Assembly (NCBI GenBank): GCA_003990765.1 | Contig: RBNJ01000187.1 | Span: forward strand, 1-37,609 | Length of the DNA: 37,609 bases | From: Jimgerdemannia flammicorona | Taxonomy: Eukaryota | Direction: 5' to 3' | Shown here: positions 24,791 through 36,389 of the stretch, in pieces | Numbering within the stretch: the first letter of the stretch is position 1 | Layout: every line of letters begins with the position of its first letter | Notes under the pieces: generated by a model | Seen by the model: the letters and a program-made list of their open reading frames with translations, nothing else | What the model was told of the DNA's origin: nothing | Database searches by the model: none | Made by a program: the position numbers and the translations under genes

Positions 24791-24998
24791 CAAATGAGAT
24801 TCAAATCTTTGGATTTGAATCTTTGATAATATCATCTCTTTTTTATATATATATTTGAATATATTTAATATACTACCTTTATATTTACTATCTTTATTAC
24901 AACACTATATCTCCTTCTCTTCTCAGAGAGCTATTATTTAATATATTACTTATTTTAATATCTTCTACTACTTATTTCTACTATTTGACATTATTTCA

Positions 24999-25079
24999 AC
25001 TCATCACTCATTTTAATATATCTTGACTTATCACTCATTCTAATATGTCTTGACTTATTACTTGTTCTAATATATCTTG
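24999..25079. repeat. 27-bp tandem repeat x3
   Basis: ACTYATYACTYRTTYTAATATRTCTTG units at 24999, 25026, 25053; minus strand reads QDILEQVIS-like 9-aa units with stops. Confidence 0.85.
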
Positions 25080-25099
25080 CTATTTATTCTAGTTAGTAG

Positions 25100-25612
25100 T
25101 AGTACTTAGAACAAATTGAATTAAATTAAATTTGCTTCTAATTTAATTTAATTTGAATATTTAAATCAAATTAAGAGTTAATTTAATTTAAAGTCTAATT
25201 CAAACCTAATTTTTCAAAATTCAATAACTTAACTAAAAAATTTAATAATATTGGGATAGTAATTTGATATGTAGATATGTGAATTTATGCTACACTCTAT
25301 TCTATCAGTTTTATATTATTTATCAGTATATGCAATCTATGTAACTTTAATAAAATTATCTCTCTCTCTTTCTTTATAACAAATGAATTTTAGCTTATTC
25401 AATATACTTTATGATAAAGAATTTAGTATAATAAAGAATATTAAATTTGGATATATTTTCATTAAGTTATTATATTTTAAATTTGGAATAAATATTTTAT
25501 ATCAAATTGGACTTTAATTCAATTTGAATTTAATTTAATTTAAATTTAATTCAAATTCAAAAATCTTCAATTTAATTTAATTTGAATTAATTTGATTTAT
25601 TTAAGAGTACTA
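25100..25612. mobile_element. hAT-like non-autonomous element (MITE, 513 bp)
   Basis: Inverted termini TAGTACT...AGTACTA, subterminal AATT-rich inverted arrays ending TTAAAGTCYAATT, 8-bp TSD GTTAGTAG (25092-25099) / GTCAGTAG (25613-25620). Confidence 0.72.
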
Positions 25613-25945
25613 GTCAGTAGAAAAGAAAAAAAAAAGAAATAGAAAATTTGGAGCTTTTTGTAAGTGTACAACCTCCAAGCCACTGAAATTATATATCACC
25701 CTCTGAACAAGCCACTGAAATCATACATGACCTCTGAACAAATCTGGAAATCACCTACTCAATCATAAAGTTGAGTCAAACTGAAGTCATAGCACACAAA
25801 GCTGAGTCAATATAAAGTCATAGAATACAAGATCCATATAAACAGAATCTTACTAATTAGGACTAAATGCATATATACCAAGCACTGAGATGCATCAAAA
25901 TAGAGAACTAAAACAAATAACAACCACAACTTCTAATATACAAAT

Positions 25946-27043
25946 ATGACCACCGAGATCTACAACTGTATCTATGCTGACATTTAGAATGCCATTGTCA
26001 ACTGAGCCACTCCCCCTCTGCCCCTCATGAATATCTATAGCCTAGCACCCCTCTACTTTGTGGAAGCCCAATGGAATGCCCTGAACATACTTAGTGAGGC
26101 CTACCGAATCAGACAAATCTTAAGCTACTACCAGATTGGTCACCTCCTGGAAGACATGGTCGAACACTACCATGATACAGACATTACCCAGATGTCTCAA
26201 CACCAGAAGCTCATCACTTGCAAACATCGAGAACTCTTCTATGAGTATAGCACTGTTATTCCCCACCTCCGAGTTACTATAGCTGAAATGATTGCTATCC
26301 TGTCCTATGGCCAAATTGATGATATGATACAAGAACTCAACCACAAGTATCTCGAGTATGTTGAAACTACAGACAGAACCTTCCCCCACCCTAACGATTA
26401 TATCCTGCAAATGTCTCAAGTTGGATATGCTATAAAGGACATCTACGATATAATCCACTTCGACAAAGATGAAGCAGAAGACAATGATCTCTCTGATACT
26501 GATATAACCTCAAGCCAAGGATCTCTACCAACTCTGATCATACTGCCAACCTTGCCAATGAACTTACAACAATTTATAACAGCCTATAAGACTTATTGGG
26601 ACAATGACCACAGGCGTGAATACTAACCCACATTCACCCCCAATTACTTTAACTATAATGAAGAGACTAGAGAATACAATCTGTATCTCCAGACAATCCT
26701 TGAGATCGAATCAACCACTCCACTACCTGAGTACAAGCAACATGAACCACAGCTGCCAGCTTACTATAACCCTGTAACTCATAGTGCTGTAACCTATAGA
26801 AGGTATGCAGATAGCGAAACTGATGAAAGTGAAGATGATACACTGCTCCTTTGCCCACCAATACCTTATCTAGCATATGAGACAGATGATGCCATCTTGT
26901 AGGATGGAGACGAAGTTCCAATGTATTATTACCTTAGTGAATAAGGAGAAGTAATCCACAAACTACTCTTTCTAGATGACTACTTCATCAGAGATGATGC
27001 AATTGATGATAATATCATTGAGGACTACCCAGACAGTGTCTAA
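25946..27043 (+). pseudogene. U3-encoded accessory ORF in 5' LTR of copy C
   Basis: 1098 nt ATG to TAA, no indel; includes ORF-track 26027-26626; several transition-derived stops. Confidence 0.85.
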
Positions 27044-27107
27044 AACCTATAAATAGCCTAGCAGTCATAGTATAGTTAGATTAATCTTGTACAATATGAC
27101 TGTGAAC

Positions 27108-27376
27108 TGACTCAGCAGTCAGATGATCTCTTGATATGTCAGATCACACTTATACTATGTGACTGTATTCTGACTCAGCAAGGTACTTAGTACTACATCC
27201 ACATCTAGCATAGTCCAGATAGCCCCTCACTAGTATAAATATCTCCTCCTCTAGTCCTCAGAAACCTCAAACTTGAATACCTGAACAATCTGAACACAAC
27301 AACTCCTGAGCACTTCCCTACAATATTCCTTCACACAACTACTCCTAGTATAGCAATATCATGAATAGCGAATAAA
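27108..27376 (+). promoter_or_regulatory. Putative LTR promoter/R region: TGACTCA x2 (27108, 27171), TATAAATA (27234), AATAAA (27371)
   Basis: TATA retained in all five LTRs; poly(A)-like hexamer is AATAAA in A, C, D and ATTAAA in B. Confidence 0.6.
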
Positions 27377-27737
27377 CCTATTTAATAACCCACAAACTAC
27401 TCTTAAGTAAATCTGCTCCCCATTAGGTCTCACTCCTAACCCCATCACAAAATTTCCTAATTGGGTATTGTCTGCAGTGATATGCCAATTCAACTAAGCT
27501 GGTCTTAGTTTCTTAAACTTTCTGAAATATAGAAAATCCCAAACATCCAGAACTAGTCCAAAAAAGGACTTTGGTTGAGACGTCAATCTGATCTTGAAAT
27601 CAATAATCATAGAGGACATACTCCATACAAAATTGATCTTGACTATAAGAAAACAGTCTTCCAGAATATCCAGAACTTCCAGAAAACCCTTTCAGAACTA
27701 CATAATGACTACCCTAAAAAGTAATCCTCTTACAACT

Positions 27738-27750
27738 TGGTAGCAGTGGT
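27738..27750 (+). promoter_or_regulatory. Primer-binding site of copy C
   Basis: TGGTAGCAGTGGT 3 nt after the LTR end. Confidence 0.8.
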
Positions 27751-29767
27751 TTACAATCCAAATCCACTTCAAGATGCTTCCTCATCCCACTACAAACCCT
27801 TCTGAGAATTCCTATAAGTTGGTATAAAGCCCAACCTCTGAACTGGAATTTATCCTAAACCATCTGATAATCTGGAGAGAATTGAACCTGACATACAAGG
27901 ACAATTTGACCTCCACACCTACAACAAGTAGAACAAACTTCATTCAAAAAAAGAAGTACTCCGACTAAACCAGCAAATAGGCAAAACCCTATTCACCGAA
28001 CTCCTTGCACTACACCCAGCAAGTCAAGATGAAGAAGGTCTTATTGAAGCCTTCTTTACTCTCCTCAATAAGAGTTTTGTCAGCTCCACAAATCCAAGTG
28101 ACCTAGGATAATCAGCAGCAGTCTTTCTAGCCTTAGTCTCTCATGAAGTCCAAGCCTCTGTAGCCAAGTGGCTCAACTCTACCAATTTTCACTGTACCAG
28201 GACCAAGACTGCATTATACTACTGATTCCAGAACAGCAAGGCCCACTATATTCTTAAAGAAGAAGCAAGAGAAACCCTTCATCAACTATCTGACTCTGAA
28301 CCTGAAGCAGGCTCTGCTACAGCTCTACCTGAATCTGAAACCAATACCGAATCTGAACTTGACTTTGAATTAAGTCCATCTGAAATCAGATATACAACTG
28401 ATTTCGTCTACTTCAATGCTGAGCAAACCCAATTACACAGGGACCAAACTGAAGAGGAGGAGGAGTATCTCAGTAAATTTGATCCTGGATATACCACTAA
28501 AGAAGAAGTACCTCCATCAGGACAGAATACACCTACACAGCAACAAACGGTTATCTATCAAGCCCTCACTCCAGACCCACAACTACTACTTCAGCAACTT
28601 ACATAGATCCAAAGAACCCCATCACACTCTGCACCAGTACCTCAAGTAGTACCAGTAACACCACTACCAGCAGTCCAACTGCCTCCAGTAAACAATATGG
28701 CAAACCAACAGATTCTAGACCTCACAGCCCAGGTAGTCATAATGACAGCAATCATTACTGCCTTAGCTGAACAAACCAGACCTACTAAAAATCTGAGCCT
28801 ACCTACCTTCAATGGTACTGCACAAGAAGTCCAAAGCTTCATTAGTGTAGTTGACACCAACTTCGAAGCCAATCAATGGACTAATGAGTAAGTTGCTGAC
28901 TGCGTTCTGATAAACAATCAAGACCACACTCTGGAACAACTCTTTGCTACCACTACAGTCTATATCCACCAAGTTGTTACATTCTTCTGAGGACCTGCCA
29001 AAGAATGGTAGTGAACCCTTTCTGAAAAACCCCTCACATGGGATATCTGACCTGCAGTAGTTGCTCAGAATGCAGCAAACAATACCCCAGGATATGGAGC
29101 CCATCCTGCAGCCCCTGGACTCAAACAACTCATGATTGCCCAATACTGCAGTGAAACCATGATCACTGAATCCCAAGTAAAACTCTGTAACCTCAAATTT
29201 GATGTATATGGCAAAGAAGAATTTGAAACCTTCTGTATAAAACTCAAGTCACTCCTGAATACTATTGGCCTAGGATACATTGCCAATGATGAAGTATGAA
29301 ATGGTACAAGAGCAGACCATTTATTTGATGCACTGCCTGAATGGCTTACTAGAAAAATCCGAGAACAAGGCTGCCCAGTTGGTTGTAATTATCAACAATA
29401 GTATCTGACAAGAATCAAGACTATGGTCAAGCGAATCCTAACAGCTGGACCAATTCTACCCCAAAGGCAATTCAATAATAAGGAAAAGACTTGGACCAAG
29501 AAAGAAGAACCCAAGCATGAAGCATCCTGAGCTCCCTCCACATCCACCTCTTGGTCACCCAGAAATCATAAACCCACCCAACTGAGTACCTTCAAGAAAC
29601 TCACTGAAGGTGAAAGGAATGAACTTCGAAGAAGCAGAGCATGCTTCTATTGCCAAAAGACAGGACATATGGCCAGTGCCTGCCCTAACCAAAAACCCCA
29701 AACAGCAACACAAGCAACTGTTACCACTCTGCACCACCTCAACAACCTGACCACCAGAATACTAGAC

Positions 29768-30169
29768 TTTGTCAAATTAAGACAAACTGCTAAAACCCCA
29801 ACTAAAGGAAGTCAAAAAGCAGCTGGATATGACCTGTATGCAGCCGAAGAAGCTACAGTTTCCAACCAAGAAGTCAAACAAGTCTACATGGGAATCAGTA
29901 TCCAAATCCCTGAAGGACATGTTGGAAGAATATGCTGTTGCAGTAGCCTAGTATTGAAAGGACTCTCAGTAGAAGGAGGAGTCATTGACAAGAATTATAC
30001 AGGTGAAATTATTGTCCTCATCTGAAACCATAGTTGGACACCCTTCAAGATCCCTATAGGTTTCTGCATTGTCCAGATTCTATTCGAAAAAATTGAGTCA
30101 ACCCTGACAGTCAATGAAGTCTCTGAACTACTGTCCACCATCCGAGGATCTAAAGGATTTGGCTCATCA
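29768..30169 (+). pseudogene. dut: Trimeric dUTPase domain between nucleocapsid and protease
   Basis: Motif I AGYDL, II GRICC(R)[19 protein letters not shown] (R)Ix[13 protein letters not shown]; also in A (~1752-2153) and B. Confidence 0.95.
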
Positions 30170-33100
30170 AACAAAGCCTCAGCCCAATCTGCCATGAGCA
30201 AAGAAGAACAATTCTACAAGAAGATTGAAAATGGATATGTACCAAGTGGCTGATGCCCTCATAGCATTAGAATGTACTCTTCCTGAATGATTGATGATTG
30301 CTTCTCTTATGTCAATGAACTGGCTCAAAGAAGAACCAACAGAAGGAAAGCTCCCACAACTGAAATTACTACCATTGGATCAGACAAATTGCTCATACTT
30401 AAGGCTTTTGTCAACTGAGCACCTGTCAAGATTATGATAGATAGTAGTGCCTCAGGCAACTTCATCAATAAAGAAACAGCCAACAGACTTAAGGTCTTCA
30501 CCTCTCTGGTACAACAAACCCAAGCAGTCACCACAGCCGATGGAACCTCACATGTTATTAGCAAGGAAGTCCGCAACCTACTCTTCTGAATTGGTAACTA
30601 CCGAGTATATATTACCCTCCAAATCATACCACTTCCTGACAATGAAATCATCCTTGGGACTCCATGGTTAAAACAAGAGAACCCCATGATTGATTGGGTA
30701 AACCATTCTCTGACCATCAAGAAAGGACGCCACAACTTCAAACTGTAAGGCAAAAAGGACCCACTTAATTCTAGTGACCCTAGACCAAAGATCACTCACA
30801 TCAACAAGTTATAACTTAAGAAATTGGCCAAGAAATGCCCTCTCTTCACCATCTCCATCTATCCATCCAAAGGAGAATCTGAGAACTCTGAAGAAGATTT
30901 TTCCAAAGTTGACAGCTGTGTCAGACCACTACTTTAGAAATTCAAGACATATTCCCAAAGAAGCTCCCGAAAGGTCTACCTCCTAAATGAGTGATAGACC
31001 ATGCCATCAAGACCATTTCAGATGCCAAACCAGCCTTCAAGTTAATCTACTACATGTCTCCAAGAGAAATCAATGCACTCAAGAAAGAAATTGACAAACT
31101 CCTAGAACAAGGATTCATCAGACCCAGTATATCACTCTATGGTGCACCAGTCCTCTTTATTGTAAAGAAAGGAGGAGATCTGCAAATGTGCATTGATTAC
31201 CATGACCTCAATGAACAGACCATCAAGAACTGTTGCCCACTACCAAGGATTGATGAAATATTTGATAGGCTTACCAACCTGCAATTTATGAGCTCTTTCG
31301 ACCTGCGAAATGGTTACTGGCAAATTGCCATAAAAGAGGAAGACATCTACAAGACAGCCTTCTGAACTCACTATGGATACTTCGAGTTCCTAGTTATGCC
31401 CTTTGGCTTAACTAATGCTCCTGCAACCTTCCAGACCCTAATGAATACTATCCTGCACCCATACCTGGACAAATTTATTGTTGTCTACATTGATGACATC
31501 CTAGTCTTCAGCAAAATACTGGAGGAACATCTTGAACATCTTGAATTAGTCCTACTGAAACTCCAAGAAAACCGACTCTTTGCAAAACTCAGCAAGTGCG
31601 AATTTCTCCTAAAAGAAATTCAATTTCTTGGATACATTGTCACTCCAAATGGAATTAAAGTAGACTCCAGCAAAATCTCTATAATCAAAGATTGGCCCAG
31701 ACCCAAGAAGCTGAAAGACCTCCAGTCATTCCTGGGATTAGCAAACTATTACAGGTGATTTGTTGCCAACTTTGCTAAAATTGCTACTGCCCTCATTCAA
31801 ATGAGCAAGTACAGTAAGAAACAAGAACAACCCTGGACTACAAAACAAGAGAAAGATTTCAACAATCTTGTAAATTGGGAACCCAAACAAGATACAGCCT
31901 TTCAAGCATTAAAAGATATCCTGATAACCACTCCAGTACTTCAAGCAGCAAATCCTGCCCTACTATATAAAGTTACTACTGATGCTTCTGACCTAGCTCT
32001 TGGAGCAGTACTCATGCAAGAAGGACACCCTGTGGCCTATCACTCCCACAAGTTCAATGATACTGAAATTAACTATACAACCCATGAGAAGGAAATGCTA
32101 GCCATCGTAGATACTCTGATCAAATGGCAACTCTATCTAGAAGGAGCACACTTCACTATATTGACTGACCACAAATTATTAGTCAATATCAAGACATAGG
32201 CTACCCTTTCTTGAAAGTAAGCCAGATAGATGAAAGTCCTCACCAACTTTGACTATGAAATCCAGTACCATCCTGGTAAGAAAAATATTGTTGCCGATGC
32301 AATCTCCAGACCACCCATTGAAGAAGTTATCCAAACTCTCACCTTGGTTACCAATACTATCATGGAGCAAATTATTGTAGCATGTGCCGATAATAAAGAA
32401 GCTCAAGTACTTCGAGAAATCCTGAACAGTGATGATGCTGACAAGCATATACAGTATCACCAATACCAACTAAAGGACAGCACTATCTACTATAAGGACA
32501 GACTATATGTTCCAAACAACTGAGACCTCCGAAGGACTATCCTATTCTAATGTCATGATGCCCCTACAGCTGGACATTTAGGATTTGATAAATGTTACGA
32601 AGTTATCTCCCGAAACTTCTATTGGCCCTATATAGCAGATCAGCTCAAAACCTATATCACTTCCTATGATACCTGCCAATGAAATAAGTCCTCAACACTA
32701 GCAAAACCCAGCTTACTTCACTCTATCTCAGTACCATCTACGAATTGGGAATAAATCTCTATAGACTTTATTATACAACTACTCTGAACCAAGAACAGGA
32801 AAGATGCAATTGTTGTCTTTGTAGATTACCTCAATAAACAAGCCCACTTTGTGCCTACTACCACTACTGCAACAGTACCAGATATAGCCACACTCTTATT
32901 TAACAACATCTTTTACTATCATGGTCTTCCTAAGATCATTGTTAGCAACTGAGACCTGAAATTCACTAGCCATTTTTGGAAAGCCCTCCATGCACACCTT
33001 GGAACTAAACTTGCACTATCCACAGCCTTTCACCTAGAAACTGATAGCCAAACTGAAAGAATGAACTGAACTCTAGAACAAATGCTAAGGAATTATGTTT

Positions 33101-33660
33101 CCTACAGATAAGATGACTGGTATGAATACCTCACTGCAGTTGAGTTTGCCTATAACAATAGCAAGCAAACCTCTCTCAGAATGACCCCATTCTTTGCCAA
33201 TATTGGACAAAGCCCAAACACCCCTTTAATACTTATCCGAACCACTGAAAAACTCTCCACAATCGAAGCTGTTGAAGAATTCTTACTCTGAATGCACAAT
33301 CTAAGCCAGATTGCCATCGAAAATTTATTATGAGCTCAAGAACAACAGTTACAGTATGTTAACCAATACTGCCGAGAAGAAACCTTTGATATTGGAGAAA
33401 AAGTTCTACTGGACATCAGAGGATACCAAGTTGACAACCTCAAGCACAGACTATTTACAAAGCTGAACAGCAAGTTCATTGGACTATTTGAAGTCATTGC
33501 ACAAGTCTCTCTAACCTCCTACAAATTAGCACTACCAGACACTATTAAGATTCACCCAGTTTTCAATGTCTAACATCTCAAGTGATACAATGAGAATGAT
33601 GATGAACTATTCCCTAACTGAACCATGAAACCACCTGCACCTGTCATTATTAATGACCAA

Positions 33661-33810
33661 GAAGAGTACGAAGTTGAACAAATTCTCAAAAAACATGGCC
33701 ACAAGAACTACCCTGAGTACCTTGTTAAATGGAAAGGTTATCCAATCTATGATGCAACCTGGGAACCCAAGATCAACCTCCAGAATACTACCGACTTGGT
33801 TCAGGAATAT
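33661..33810 (+). other. Integrase C-terminal chromodomain
   Basis: EEYEVEQILKK...EYLVKWKGYPIYDATWEPKINL with aromatic cage residues. Confidence 0.93.
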
Positions 33811-34237
33811 GATTCCTTGAACAACTAAAACCAAACACTCCACATCTATCTGAACAAACTATATATTATCCTCCTGAACACTATAATTATCAAAAATCAA
33901 GAACTCAGCAAAATAAGACAAGAATACCAATCCTCTAGAAAAAGTAGCAAAACTGAAAGCCAGCCTATTCTCCCCATACCACTGGTGGGAAATGAGGCAT
34001 AGACATTTAAGAAGATTCCATAGAGGAAATTCTCCAGCAGTGAATGACATCAGAATCACTTCCAGTGCACAGCATTGAACACATGACCCTTTAATATGTG
34101 AATCCAATACATTAGGCAACTATACTATGAGTATGCCACTTTCTGAGAAAAATAGACTTCACCAGACTTTTGACCTCCCAAATAGTATAACAACACTAGA
34201 ACAAAATTAGAAGGCCCCAACGAGGATGTTGAAAGCT

Positions 34238-34250
34238 AAGAAGGGGAGAG
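34238..34250 (+). promoter_or_regulatory. Polypurine tract
   Basis: AAGAAGGGGAGAG ending 1 nt before the 3' LTR. Confidence 0.9.
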
Positions 34251-34251
34251 T

Positions 34252-36327
34252 TGTAAGCGCACAACCTCCAAGCCACTGAAATTATACGTCACCCTCCAAA
34301 CAAGCCACTGAAATCACATGCGACCTCTGAACAAATCTGGAAATTACCTGCTCAATCATGAAGCTGAGTCAAACTGAAGTCACAGTGCACAAAGCTGAGT
34401 CAATATGAAGTCACAGAACACAAGATCCACATAAATAGAATCTTACCAATCAGGACCAAATGCATATATACTGAGCACCGAGATACATCAAAACAGAGAA
34501 CCAAAACAAACAACAACTATAACTTCCAACATACAAACATGGCCATTGAGATCTACAACTGTATCTGCGCTGACATTTGGAATACCATTGTCAACCAAGC
34601 CACTCCCCCTCTGCCCCTCATGAATATCCATAGCCTAGCACCTCTCTACTTTGTAGAAGCCTGATGGAATATCCTGAATATGCTTAGCGAGGCCCACCAA
34701 ATCAGACAAATCTCAAGCTACTATCAGATCAGCCACCTCCTGGAAGATATGGTCAAACACCACCATGATACAGACATTACCCAGATGTCTCAACACCAGA
34801 AGCTCATCGCCTACAAATATTGAGAACTCTTTTATGAGTATAGCACTGTTATTCCCCATCTCCGAGTTACTACAGCTAAAATGATTGCTACCCTGTCCTA
34901 TGGCCAAATCGATGACATGATACAAGAACTCAACTACAAATATCTTGAGTACGTCGAAACCACAGACAGAACCTTTCTCCACCCTAATGATCATATCCTG
35001 CAAATGCCTCAAGTCAGATATACCATAAAGGACATCTATGATATAATCCACTTCAATGAAGACGAAGTAGAAGACAATGATCCTTCTGATACTGACATGA
35101 CCTCAAACCAAGGATCTCTACCAACCCTGATCACACTGTCAACCTTGCTGATGAACTTACAACAATTCATAACAGCCTACAAGACTTATTGGGACAATGA
35201 CCACTAGTATGAATACCAACCTGCATTCACCCCTGATTACTTCAACTATAATGAAGAGACTGGAGAATACAACCTATACCTCCAGACAACCCTCGAGATC
35301 GAACCAACCACTCTACTATCTGAGTACAAGCGATATAAACCACAGCTGCCAGCTTACTACAACCCCGTGACTCATAGTGCTGTAACCTATAGAAGATATG
35401 CAGATAGCGAAACCAATAAAAGTGAAGATGATGCACCACTCCTTTACCCACCAATATCTTATCTAGCATATGAGACAGATGATGCCATCTTGTGGAATGG
35501 AGACAAAGTTCCAATGTATTATTATCTTAGTGAACAAGGAGAAGTAATCTGCGAACCACTCTTCCTAGATAACTACTTCATCAGAGATAATGCAATTAAT
35601 GGTGATGTCATCGAGGACTACCCAGACAGTGCCTAAAACCTATAAATAGCCAAGCAGTCATAGTATAGTTAGATTAGCCTTATATGATGTAACTGTGAAC
35701 TAACTCAGCAGTCAGATAATCTCTTGACATGTCAGATCACACTTGTACTACATAACTACATTCCAACTCAGCAAAGCACTTAGTGCTACATCCATATCTA
35801 GCATAGTCCAGATAGCCCCTCACTAGTATAAATACCCCCTCCCCCAGTTCTCAGAAACCTCAGACTTGAACACCTGAACAATCCGAACACAACAACTCCT
35901 GAGCACTTCCCCACAATATTCCTTCACACAACTACTTCTAGTATAGCAATATCATGAATAGCGAATAAACCTATTTAATAACCCACAAACCACTCTTAAG
36001 TAAATCTGCTCCCCATTAGGTCCCACTCCTAACCCCATCACAAAATTTCCTAATTGGGTATTGTCTGCAGTGATATGCCAATTCAACTAAGCTGGTCTTA
36101 GTTTCTTGAACTTCCTGAAATATGGAAAATCCTGAACATCCAGAATTAGTCTGAAAAAGGACTTTGGTTGAGATGTCAACTTAATCTTGAAATCAATAAT
36201 CATAGAGGATGTACTTCATATGAAATTGATCTTGACTATAAGAAAACAGTCTTCCAGAATATCCAGAACTTCCAGAAAACCCTTCCAGAACTACATAATG
36301 GCTACCCTAAAAAGTAACCCTCTTACA
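34252..36327 (+). repeat. 3' LTR of copy C
   Basis: TGTAAG...CTTACA, preceded by PPT and followed by TSD. Confidence 0.97.
34539..35636 (+). pseudogene. U3-encoded accessory ORF in 3' LTR of copy C
   Basis: 1098 nt; ORF-track 34881-35207 and 35367-35636 in the same frame. Confidence 0.85.
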
Positions 36328-36389
36328 CTTTTAGAATTCTTCTCATTATATAGCTAAAAACTTCACTCTGTCTTTCTATCTTCTAAAGC

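Larger units (their letters stand above)
25659..27734 (+). repeat. 5' LTR of copy C
   Basis: TGTAAG...CTTACA; direct repeat of 34252-36327. Confidence 0.97.
28697..33828 (+). pseudogene. gag-pol: Degenerate gag-dUTPase-PR-RT-RH-IN-chromodomain polyprotein of copy C
   Basis: MANQQ start, CCHC 29642-29683, [58 protein letters not shown], chromodomain; many stops and a 1-bp deletion ~30945. Confidence 0.95.
25659..36327 (+). mobile_element. Full-length Ty3/Gypsy chromovirus copy C (10669 bp) with dUTPase and U3 ORF
   Basis: Two 2076-bp LTRs, 5-bp TSD CTTTT (25654-25658, 36328-36332), PBS, PPT, domain order PR-RT-RH-IN-chromodomain. Confidence 0.98.

Noticed and set aside
33829..34237. Possible env-like or extra ORF between pol and the PPT
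   Set aside because: Only ~410 nt, stops in the frames read, no TM segment, and only one copy available; treated as 3' UTR
4187..36327. Large inverted repeats (A/B vs C) as the ends of one giant element carrying the central gene
   Set aside because: C has its own TSD and A/B are nested insertions, so these are independent insertions in opposite orientation
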